Of a stretch of DNA of 64,000 nucleotides, positions 19,966 to 27,764 are shown one piece after another; within the stretch, counting starts at the first letter, position 1; every line of letters begins with the position of its first letter. The notes beneath the pieces were generated by a model, which was not told where the DNA came from, did not search any database, and was given only the letters and a program-made list of their open reading frames with translations. This DNA comes from an uncultured Gammaproteobacteria bacterium (lineage in GTDB: Bacteria; Patescibacteriota; Microgenomatia; UBA8517): NCBI GenBank assembly GCA_964540475.1, contig CAZIMC010000002.1, positions 6,709 through 70,708 of the forward strand, given 5' to 3'. The position numbers were made by a program, and so were the translations under genes.

Positions 19966-20823
19966 ATGCCTGAGAAATTAAGTTACGTACCAGATTCACA
20001 CTCTTCGCTTTTAAGGGCTGAAAAAGTATTGAAGCCACTAAGAGGCTTGTATAGCTGTGTACCTCTTTCAATGCGCCAACCTATTGCCAGAATACTGCGA
20101 GGAGGTAATTTGCGCTTAAATACGGTAAGGCACATATCATTTGGTGGTGCAGAGGCCGATTTCCTTGTAAGAAGACATATTGAAGCTTTGCGTGTGCAGG
20201 TCAACTACGAACCAGAGTTGTTGCAGTCAATCCTAGTAACACTTAAAGATTATAAAGACGCGGGTTGTGATTGCAATTTTGTTAATGTTGGAGCAGCCGA
20301 GGGGCTTTATACAGTTTTAGGGGCAAGGTTTGCCAGCAAGGTTTACTCGTTTGAGCCTGATATCGAATGTCTAGCCTCTTTGTATCACAATGTAGAGCTT
20401 AACCGGTTGAATAATGTTACTATCTTCCCGTTCGCTTTGGGATCTTATGATGGTGAAGCTAGGTTTTACATCGACCCAAAACGGGGAAATGCAGCAAGCC
20501 TTCAAAGAACTTATGATCAGGATTGCGAGACACTGGTTGCCGTAAGAAAATACATTAGTCTCAACTGTGAAGGTGTTATAGAAACTCCCGACGTAATGTT
20601 AATTGATGTAGAAGGTGCCGAAGCGGAGGTATTAAAGGGGATGGGCGAAGTTAGGCCGAATCACTTGTTTATTGAACTGCACCGAGATTATTTGCCAGTT
20701 TTTGGAAGTTCAGTGGATGAAGTTATGGATATAGTTGGCAATTTGGGCTATTCAGCGGACTTTGCTGTCCGCAGGAAAGCAGAGTTGCAAGTGCATTTTG
20801 TACACAGAAATGGTTGCAATTGA
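19966..20823 (+). CDS. FkbM-family SAM-dependent methyltransferase
   Basis: NVGAAEGLYTVLGARFASKVYSFEPD...NVTIFPFALGSYDGEARFY matches the FkbM domain pattern. Confidence 0.7.
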   Translation: MPEKLSYVPDSHSSLLRAEKVLKPLRGLYSCVPLSMRQPIARILRGGNLRLNTVRHISFGGAEADFLVRRHIEALRVQVNYEPELLQSILVTLKDYKDAGCDCNFVNVGAAEGLYTVLGARFASKVYSFEPDIECLASLYHNVELNRLNNVTIFPFALGSYDGEARFYIDPKRGNAASLQRTYDQDCETLVAVRKYISLNCEGVIETPDVMLIDVEGAEAEVLKGMGEVRPNHLFIELHRDYLPVFGSSVDEVMDIVGNLGYSADFAVRRKAELQVHFVHRNGCN

Positions 20824-20875
20824 TGATTGTGTCAAAGCGCGTCTACCAATCTTAGCAACTGATTAATACCAAGAG

Positions 20876-21325
20876 CTAATCGCTCTCAATCACTTTCAAT
20901 AGTCGTACTGATTTTAAGTTGGATGGTTTTTGAGTTAAGGCCAACATTAGCGATTCTTTAAGAAACGCTTTTCTTAAAGGGTATTTATCTGCCATCAAGT
21001 TTTCCAAGGAAGCCCAAGCAAAGTTTCTGACTTCAGATTCTTGAATCGTTATTTTACTTTCATCATCAATTTCAGCATAGAAAAAGGCTATTACATAGTC
21101 ATTGTCTTTGTAGTGTGCGATATTGGTTTGCACAAGGCCAGTGAGATTTACTTCTAAGCCTGTCTCTTCTTTTATTTCGCGTCTTGCGCAGTCAATTAAG
21201 CTTTCTCCTGGTTCTGCGTGGCCAGAAGGCGGTCCCCATTTGTTTGGTTGTTTGCTTTCTTTTGTGGTTTGGAGAAGGAGGATTTTATTGTCTTTAACAA
21301 TACAACCTCCGGCGATAAATATCAT
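20876..21325 (-). CDS. NUDIX hydrolase
   Basis: Nudix box GHAEPGESLIDCARREIKEETGL. Confidence 0.85.
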   Translation of the reverse strand: MIFIAGGCIVKDNKILLLQTTKESKQPNKWGPPSGHAEPGESLIDCARREIKEETGLEVNLTGLVQTNIAHYKDNDYVIAFFYAEIDDESKITIQESEVRNFAWASLENLMADKYPLRKAFLKESLMLALTQKPSNLKSVRLLKVIESD

Positions 21326-21367
21326 TATGGTAATGATTATACAGGGTGTGATACAATTTTTCTCACT

Positions 21368-22642
21368 GTGGGTACTAAATTAAGCCTGCCAAAAGGCACA
21401 CAAACACCCAATCACATAGCCATTATTCCAGACGGGAACAGGCGTTGGGCCAGGGCTCGCGGCCTTCATACGCTAAGGGGACACAAAAGAGGCTTTGAAG
21501 CTGCTGTCAAAATTGGTAGGGCAGCACGCGATTTGGGGATTCACACCATCACTCTCTGGGGGTTCTCGACCGAAAATTGGGACAGGGATAAATCAGAAGT
21601 TGACTACTTAATGCGCCTGTATGTAAAGCTAGTGGACGACTATTTAAAAGAAGCAATGGAGAACAAGGTTAAAATAGTACATTTAGGAAGAAAGGATAGG
21701 CTACCAAAATTCCTTTTAAAAAAGCTTTCATACGCAGAAGAAAAGACAGCCCATTTTGACAAATTTATAATGAATATCGCCATAGATTATGGGGGGCAAG
21801 ATGATATTATTCGAGCAGTAAAGGCCATGATTGCAGAAGGGGTGAGTGGGGATGAAGTGGAAAAAGAACTGTTTGACAGATTTGTAGATACAAAAACCCA
21901 GCCATATCCATATGTAGATTTAATGATCAGGACTTCGGGCGAGCAACGCACAAGTGGGTTTTTATTATGGCAATCTGCATATACTGAGTATTATTGGGAG
22001 AGAGAACATTTCCCGGATTTTACTCCTGAAAAGTTTAAAGAGGCGATAATGGATTACTCACGGAGAAGAAGGAGGTTTGGTGGTAACGATGCCGTTGAGC
22101 ACTTTACATTTAAACCGGAAATTGCTGCTAAGTTTGAGCTTGCGTGGTGGCGTCTTGCTAAAATCCCGGAAGGAACAAAGTTCGTTGACTATGCAGTTAA
22201 CCATTTAAAGGAGCAGTACGGCCTTAGCAAGAAATTTGCTAAAGAGGCGGCTAAATTAATGCTCGAGGCAGCACTTCATGAAGAAGATGACAAATGGGAG
22301 AAAGCTAGAATCAAGCTTAAGAAGTTCTACGGCATAATTAAAGAGGAAGTTCAGCTTGCGTTTGAGCCGGAACTGGTCGCTCACCTAGAAGTTAAGTTAA
22401 GGCGGGAGATTGAAGGGAAAACTGAAGTTGAGGGGGTCGGGGAAGCTGAGGAGACTGCAAAAAGCTTATACGCAGAGGTTTACAGGATTTCGCTTTTCCA
22501 GGCTGCCAAACTGGCGCACCTTCGAGTTTTGGCTTCAGTTGAGCGTAATTTAGCAAGACGGGGTTTTGGAGATCATCATTGGGACCGCGCTCAGGACTAC
22601 CTCGAAAAATTCTACTATGCGCTGAAGGAACGCGTAGCGTGA
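21368..22642 (+). CDS. uppS: Undecaprenyl-diphosphate synthase (cis-prenyltransferase) fused to a helical K/E-rich C-terminal extension of about 200 aa. The start is uncertain. The ORF is open from 21218 but overlaps the NUDIX gene; a GTG at 21368 is proposed.
   Basis: HIAIIPDGNRRWA and MIRTSGEQRTSGFLLWQSAYTEYYW UppS motifs. The extension carries RRRRRFGG and has no recognisable domain. Confidence 0.75.
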   Translation: MGTKLSLPKGTQTPNHIAIIPDGNRRWARARGLHTLRGHKRGFEAAVKIGRAARDLGIHTITLWGFSTENWDRDKSEVDYLMRLYVKLVDDYLKEAMENKVKIVHLGRKDRLPKFLLKKLSYAEEKTAHFDKFIMNIAIDYGGQDDIIRAVKAMIAEGVSGDEVEKELFDRFVDTKTQPYPYVDLMIRTSGEQRTSGFLLWQSAYTEYYWEREHFPDFTPEKFKEAIMDYSRRRRRFGGNDAVEHFTFKPEIAAKFELAWWRLAKIPEGTKFVDYAVNHLKEQYGLSKKFAKEAAKLMLEAALHEEDDKWEKARIKLKKFYGIIKEEVQLAFEPELVAHLEVKLRREIEGKTEVEGVGEAEETAKSLYAEVYRISLFQAAKLAHLRVLASVERNLARRGFGDHHWDRAQDYLEKFYYALKERVA

Positions 22643-22752
22643 CGACTGCGCAGAGCCAAGCTACGCTTACCACGCACTCAAAGAGAGAGTTGCTTAAAGA
22701 TAATGCGTGGCCAAGCTCTGCTTACTATGCGCTGAAGGAACGAGTAGCCTAG
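22613..22752 (+). repeat. Direct repeat of the uppS 3' terminus (30 bp, synonymous variants only) flanking an insert of about 80 bp. The insert carries two copies of the GGCCAAGCT(NN)GCTTAC motif and a tRNA-Thr-5'-end-like fragment.
   Basis: tactatgcgctgaaggaacgcgtagcgtga occurs at 22613-22642 and tactatgcgctgaaggaacgagtagcctag at 22723-22752. Motif copies at 22654-22670 and 22707-22725. Confidence 0.8.
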
Positions 22753-23020
22753 GTAAAAACTTCAATATCCAAACTTCAAGAAACAAACAAATTCCAATTA
22801 CTTAAAATCCAATCCACTGGCATTAGTAGTTATGAATTACTTGTAACTTGGTGCTTGGTTATTGGAATTTCCCTTGAAAGGGGCTTGACACTCTTGTACT
22901 GCTTTGATATGTTGTGATTAACATAGTTAGCAAATACGCTCAAGGTAATATAAAAGAGCATACAAATGCTTAAAAGTATATCAGCGTGAAAACTAACTCA
23001 GTTTAGATAACAGCTAGACA

Positions 23021-23239
23021 ATGGACGAAAATAAAAAGAAAAAAGTACGGCTTGAGGACCTTCCAGACCTTTTGACAGTTCGTGAGGTCTCAGACCTGCT
23101 CCGAGTATCTCCGCTCACAATAAAAAGATGGGGAAAACGCGGCAAACTTCCCGCAATTCGAATAAATTCTAGGGGCGACAGAAGATACAAGAAAGAGGCA
23201 GTACTTTGGCTTCTCGGAATGCAAGAAAAATCTTCTTAA
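23021..23239 (+). CDS. Excisionase-family / AlpA-like helix-turn-helix DNA-binding protein (72 aa). No integrase is nearby.
   Basis: LTVREVSDLLRVSPLTIKRWGKRGKLPAIRI fits the HTH_17/excisionase DNA-binding domain pattern. Confidence 0.65.
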   Translation: MDENKKKKVRLEDLPDLLTVREVSDLLRVSPLTIKRWGKRGKLPAIRINSRGDRRYKKEAVLWLLGMQEKSS

Positions 23240-23282
23240 ACGATTTTTGTTTTCTCGCTGCTATTTTGATAATATATTATTG

Positions 23283-23563
23283 TTGACAGCTAAATAAATG
23301 CGTTAATATCGGAGTCGCGATCCGAGAGCAGCGGTAATAAATAACCGACGGATGCAAACCGTAAAAAGTTGCTAGAGTGTGTCGGAAACGGAGCACTCGA
23401 AATAATTGAGGGTTTAGCCCGCGTTTCGAGTCCCGCTTAGGCGGGTTTTTTAATGGGATAAACTAATAAAGGGTGGTACCGCACGTAAGAAGTGCCCCTT
23501 CAACGGCTTAAATAATTAGGCAGTTGGAGGGGCTTTTTTGTTGCCTTAAAGGGAGTATGTTAG
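23283..23563 (+). promoter_or_regulatory. Structured non-coding leader element L1. It has a sigma70-like promoter, a hairpin containing GCAAACC, two tandem intrinsic terminators and a GGTGGTACCGC box. It is a paralog of 25620..25911.
   Basis: TTGACA 23283-23288 and TAATAT 23304-23309. Terminator cccgcttaggcggg+U6 at 23432-23451. Terminator gccccttcaac...gttggaggggc+U6 at 23494-23538. ATG at 23564. Confidence 0.55.
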
Positions 23564-24385
23564 ATGGAAAGAGAAACAACAAGAACAGAATATGCAAACC
23601 AGGACTTATGGTCATTGATGGAATCTTCATGGCCGGGAGCCGTTGTAAAGAATAAGGAAAATTTTAAATTTGGACCAGTATCTAATGTATGCATTGTACT
23701 CTGTCCTTTATACAAAAAAGGCGATATTAAGAGAACCGACATTCTTGATGTCGGTGAGAGCTTGGAAGAATCGCGGGTTTTTGGTAAGACGAAAGCATAT
23801 GAAGCTGCTTTACGAGCGTTGAGTTTTTCTTTACAAAAAACGAGCTCGTCGTTAAGGGTGAATTTTGTTATTGCCAACAAAGGAGTTTTGCTTGAAAGAA
23901 ACCCTGTTGCTGAAGATTACGAAAAGCTTAAGTACCACAACGAACTTTATACCAGATTGATTGACGAATGGGCTCAAATAATGGGATTTGAGTATATCTT
24001 GACTGATTATTTTGAGAGAGGGATTGATTTCCCAGAGTTTGTGAGGGTGACCCAAAAGATCCCGAAAAATACTGAACACAGTGAAGATATCAATAAAAAT
24101 GAACCCTTTTTGCTGATAGAATATCTTAATAGATATCTGAAGCCAGTTGAGCTGATTCAAAACAATGGCAATAATAGGCATGTTGCAAAAAGTCTCATTA
24201 AGGCGTTCGGATTGAATGCAGCCTTTTGGCTGACTGCCGGATATTTGGTATTTGACCATAAAATCCCCGAAATCATTGGAGAAAATGGAATTTACATTGT
24301 GTCGGAGAGATTTGACCCTTTATATTCCATTGTTAAGTTTACACCAAACCTTGAGAAACTAACCAGAATCCAGTTAAAAGCATGA
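23564..24385 (+). CDS. Hypothetical protein (273 aa), no recognisable domain
   Basis: Long ORF directly downstream of the L1 leader, translationally coupled (ATGA) to the next gene. Confidence 0.6.
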   Translation: MERETTRTEYANQDLWSLMESSWPGAVVKNKENFKFGPVSNVCIVLCPLYKKGDIKRTDILDVGESLEESRVFGKTKAYEAALRALSFSLQKTSSSLRVNFVIANKGVLLERNPVAEDYEKLKYHNELYTRLIDEWAQIMGFEYILTDYFERGIDFPEFVRVTQKIPKNTEHSEDINKNEPFLLIEYLNRYLKPVELIQNNGNNRHVAKSLIKAFGLNAAFWLTAGYLVFDHKIPEIIGENGIYIVSERFDPLYSIVKFTPNLEKLTRIQLKA

Positions 24386-25170
24386 AGTTCAAATTTTTCT
24401 CATTCAACAAGATAGGGGGCACATTTTATGATAGTGAGTCAGGAAGTAAAACCTTGGTTATTTATGCCATGGGGGCACCGACAGTGCCTGACAATGGCAC
24501 GCTTACCATCGCACCTTATATTTTAGATAAGAAAATTGACTTGTTTGTTCCCGATTATATTGGATTTGGCAGAAGCTATGGAAAGTTTACTCCGAAAGGT
24601 TGCATTCGAACACTCCTCCTTCTTTATAACAGTTTTAAGAGAGGGGTGTTTGGGGTCAATCATTATGAGCTTGAGAAAAGGTTTTTCAAATACAAAAGAA
24701 TAATTTTTGTAGGCAAAAGCTTGGGTGCTGTTTATGTTGTCCTCCTTCCAAAATATAAAAGGGAAATTAAGGAGATTGGAATATTTTGTGGGTCTATGGA
24801 TCAAAGCGAGCAAGGGAAAATTAAAGGTGAAGAAAGCAATAAGAGTTTTATTGAAGGCCTCTCAAAGGATTTTACCTTCTTATACAGGGGAATGAATCCC
24901 GGCATTTGGTGGAAGCATGTTGAGGATGGGGATGGACTATCGCCAATGGATAATATAGGTTATCTCGAGAATACAAGGGTTTTTATCGCTCATGGCGCAA
25001 AAGATACATGTGTTCATTACTCAAAATCAGTAAAATTTTACGAAAAGTTAGTGAAAACATTTCCCAACAAAGTATCCAGTTTTAAGCTTAGACTTTACAG
25101 AAATGGTGACCACGGAGCCTCTACCACAGACAACGCGATTAATGATTTTCTTAAGTGGATTTCAGTTTAA
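24382..25170 (+). CDS. Alpha/beta-hydrolase fold protein
   Basis: Nucleophile elbow GKSLG, downstream acidic and HG motifs (FIAHGAKD, NGDHG). 262 aa. Confidence 0.6.
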   Translation: MKFKFFSFNKIGGTFYDSESGSKTLVIYAMGAPTVPDNGTLTIAPYILDKKIDLFVPDYIGFGRSYGKFTPKGCIRTLLLLYNSFKRGVFGVNHYELEKRFFKYKRIIFVGKSLGAVYVVLLPKYKREIKEIGIFCGSMDQSEQGKIKGEESNKSFIEGLSKDFTFLYRGMNPGIWWKHVEDGDGLSPMDNIGYLENTRVFIAHGAKDTCVHYSKSVKFYEKLVKTFPNKVSSFKLRLYRNGDHGASTTDNAINDFLKWISV

Positions 25171-25242
25171 AGTAATTGATTTTGACTTATTGCTTTACAA
25201 TAATGTTGCAGAAAATAGTTAACTATCATTCATTGGGACTCT

Positions 25243-25578
25243 ATGATTGAAATTAAATTTAACCAGATGGTTTCAGGGCTAACTACTGAAGATGAGGTTA
25301 ACAGGTATGCACAAGAAGGTCATTGCAGACTTTGGGTACTTCATGCTGCCGAAACATTGATGCGCGAGTTTGGTATAACTAAAAACGAGATAGAGTTTAG
25401 GGAGGTGGAGGTTTCGCCTATGTTTTTCCACACCTTTTTAAAAGTGAGTATTGGAGAAGACAATTATTTTTTGGATGGAGCGGGAGTCAACGGTTCAGGT
25501 AGTTACTTCGGTTTAGAATGTGAGGCGCCTGTTTACTTGCAAAACAGTAGGCAGGATAGTCTCAATTTCTATATTTGA
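25243..25578 (+). CDS. Hypothetical small protein (111 aa)
   Basis: ORF only. Confidence 0.4.
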   Translation: MIEIKFNQMVSGLTTEDEVNRYAQEGHCRLWVLHAAETLMREFGITKNEIEFREVEVSPMFFHTFLKVSIGEDNYFLDGAGVNGSGSYFGLECEAPVYLQNSRQDSLNFYI

Positions 25579-25619
25579 CAATTAATACCTGTTGCAAGTA
25601 GAATAGTTTTACTTTAAAA

Positions 25620-25911
25620 AGTTAATAGGATTGCTGAGAAGGAGCACAGTAGGTTTTTCTGGTGGCCATAGAGAGAACTGGTGGTTGGTGCAAACCAGTC
25701 GTACAGAAAAAAGCGAATTACACTCTGGAGCTGGTTTAAAGTAAATTAAACCCGGGTCGCCCGTAATAGCAAAAGGCGTGTCGCGCGAGTGATAAGCCCG
25801 AAAAGGTTAAGATGGTAACATTTTAACGAATCAAGGTGGTACCGCCTTAGAATGAAGGCCCTTGTTTGAACCTAGCATGTGGGTTCAAACAAGGGCCTTT
25901 TTTGATTTTAT
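25620..25911 (+). promoter_or_regulatory. Structured non-coding leader element L2, paralog of L1. It shares the GCAAACC-containing hairpin, the AAGGTGGTACCGCC-TTAGAA box, and a terminator hairpin of different sequence but the same position (covariation).
   Basis: ggtggtaccgcc at 25836-25847. Hairpin aaggcccttgtttgaacc...ggttcaaacaagggcctt plus U5 at 25855-25903. ATG at 25912. Confidence 0.55.
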
Positions 25912-26841
25912 ATGCCAGAAAGAATAAAAGACAAACAGGAACTGAAAGATATGTTTGTGTCTCAACCGACAATTGGGACAATTCTGCGTGTGTTGGATAA
26001 TGAAGTATACAGAAATTCGCATTTAGAAGAGCGTTTGGGATGGGTGGGAATATCTGGTAGTAAGGCTAGACATGCTGGGCTTGAAGGAAAGAACGGGGTG
26101 GTGAGTGACGAAGACTTGGTTATTATCCTAAAGGGATCTTCACAAAATGACCCATTAAACATGCAAGCTTATGAACAAGTCCTTGATTGTATTAATCAGG
26201 CAACGAAAATTATGGTTGAGGAAAAGGGTATTATTCCTGTATATGCATCAACAATCAGACTGGAAGATGCGCAAATGGCGCTTGCTAGACTGATTCATGC
26301 AAGTGGTCAGATAAGGATGATACACTCTCTAATTTATCCGTCTCCTGAGGCAGTGGTTGCGTTTGAACCGCCGCTTCTGGCACGCAATCTAGTAGGCCAA
26401 GCCCTGACTCTTTGGGGTGATGAAAGAATAGCAGAGGATGTAAACCGATCAGCCAGAAATGGTGCACGCGTAGAAAACATAAACTTGACGATAGGTGGAC
26501 TTGATGGAATCAGTGATAATTTTAGAATGCTCAGAACAAATAGACATGTCCTGCCGGCTCTATTCTTGGGCCCGCAGGCCGTGCATGTTCTTGACTACAG
26601 TGTAAAATGGGCAATGGCTCAAGTTGTAGAAAAAGCTGGTGGAGCAGAATGCGCAACTTGGGGTGAAATAATAGATAATTTTCCCTCTGAGGAGGGCGGT
26701 CAATTGTTGATAGAGGTAGTAAAAAAGATTAGACTGCTTCGGGCCCAAGAGGAACATGTCGATTTGGATGAATTAGAAAATCTATATAGAGAGGTAATTT
26801 CCTTGTGGCCACTATTTACCTCTATTAGAAGCGGAAAGTGA
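25912..26841 (+). CDS. Pol-beta-superfamily nucleotidyltransferase domain protein (309 aa). It resembles the ANT/AadA-like or CD-NTase-like GS...DxD architecture. Substrate unknown.
   Basis: GISGSKARHAGLEGKNGVVSDEDLVIIL fits the hG[GS]-x9-13-[DE]h[DE]h NTase active-site motif. Confidence 0.55.
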   Translation: MPERIKDKQELKDMFVSQPTIGTILRVLDNEVYRNSHLEERLGWVGISGSKARHAGLEGKNGVVSDEDLVIILKGSSQNDPLNMQAYEQVLDCINQATKIMVEEKGIIPVYASTIRLEDAQMALARLIHASGQIRMIHSLIYPSPEAVVAFEPPLLARNLVGQALTLWGDERIAEDVNRSARNGARVENINLTIGGLDGISDNFRMLRTNRHVLPALFLGPQAVHVLDYSVKWAMAQVVEKAGGAECATWGEIIDNFPSEEGGQLLIEVVKKIRLLRAQEEHVDLDELENLYREVISLWPLFTSIRSGK

Positions 26842-27608
26842 AGATAACTTTTCTTGGAACAGGTGGTGACGGGGGTATCCCGCAAATCAACTGCAGGTGT
26901 ATAAACTGTCGTAAAGCTCTCAATAACACCAGGCTTCGACGTTTACGTAGCTCGCTTATGGTTGTCCGAGATAGCAAAATGATAGTGATGGATTGTGGTC
27001 CAGACTTTAGACAACAGCTATTAAATGCTAATATATGGCTTAAAGATATCGCCCTTATTGTGATAACACATTTACATTTTGACCATGTAAATGGACTGAT
27101 GGAGCTGTCAACTGGAGCGCCTTATAACACCCCTTTGTATACATCAGAAAAGAACAAGAATTTACTTCTTCAAATGTCTAACATTTCATATCTTGTAAAA
27201 GCAGGATATGCCAGATTTGTTACCCCCAAGCAAGCATCGGAATTTGGAGTAAGTTTGTTTGAAATTCCGCATAGCAAAAGTTTTCCCACAAGCGCGGTAA
27301 TAGTAGCAGAGAAAGATAAGTCAGTTTGGTATTCACCGGATATATCGGATATTACACAAGAGATCAATAATAAGCTGACAAAAATGTCCCTGGTCATATT
27401 TGACTCCACTTTTTTGAATGAAGATAATCTACCAGCGCATAAGTTGGGTCACATAACCGTGGAGAATTCCTCTATAGTACTTTCCAATCTAGGAAGAAAA
27501 GTTTTGTATACACACATTAATCATACAGAGGATCAACGTGACCTAAATAGATATTTGGAAAAATTTGGATTCAGGCTTGCCCATGACATGTTATCATTAG
27601 AAGTTTGA
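26838..27608 (+). CDS. PqqB-like MBL-fold metallo-hydrolase
   Basis: N-terminal LGTGGDGGIPQINCRCINCR resembles PqqB (LGSAAGGGFPQWNCNCxNC). HxHxDH motif ITHLHFDHVNG. ATGA overlap with the NTase gene. Confidence 0.65.
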   Translation: MKITFLGTGGDGGIPQINCRCINCRKALNNTRLRRLRSSLMVVRDSKMIVMDCGPDFRQQLLNANIWLKDIALIVITHLHFDHVNGLMELSTGAPYNTPLYTSEKNKNLLLQMSNISYLVKAGYARFVTPKQASEFGVSLFEIPHSKSFPTSAVIVAEKDKSVWYSPDISDITQEINNKLTKMSLVIFDSTFLNEDNLPAHKLGHITVENSSIVLSNLGRKVLYTHINHTEDQRDLNRYLEKFGFRLAHDMLSLEV

Positions 27609-27734
27609 CAGAACGATACCCCGGGGTTTATGCAATTATTGACAAGAATGATTGGTTAGTTTATCATCACTTCAATAACTTGAATTGATAATGACAATTC
27701 TTTATACATATTTAATTTCGAAAGCGGAGAGATA

Positions 27735-27759
27735 AACGCGCCACAAGCGCGTTTTTTTT
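27735..27759 (+). terminator. Rho-independent terminator (acgcgcc-acaa-ggcgcgt plus U8) ending 5 nt before the ATG of the next gene
   Basis: aaacgcgccacaagcgcgtttttttt. Confidence 0.7.
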
Positions 27760-27764
27760 GTTTT

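Noticed and set aside
23283-23563. Assignment of L1/L2 to the c-di-GMP-I (GEMM) riboswitch class, based on GCAAACC and a GGU(G)GUACCG box
   Set aside because: Only two short segments resemble the GEMM consensus. The characteristic GACGCAAAGC linker and tetraloop/receptor arrangement could not be identified by eye. The class is left unassigned.
25668-25790. Resemblance of the 5' part of leader L2 (ctggtggccatag...) to the 5' end of 5S rRNA
   Set aside because: Similarity is limited to about 12 nt. The conserved loop C and helix IV/V motifs are absent and there is no complementary 3' strand to close helix I.
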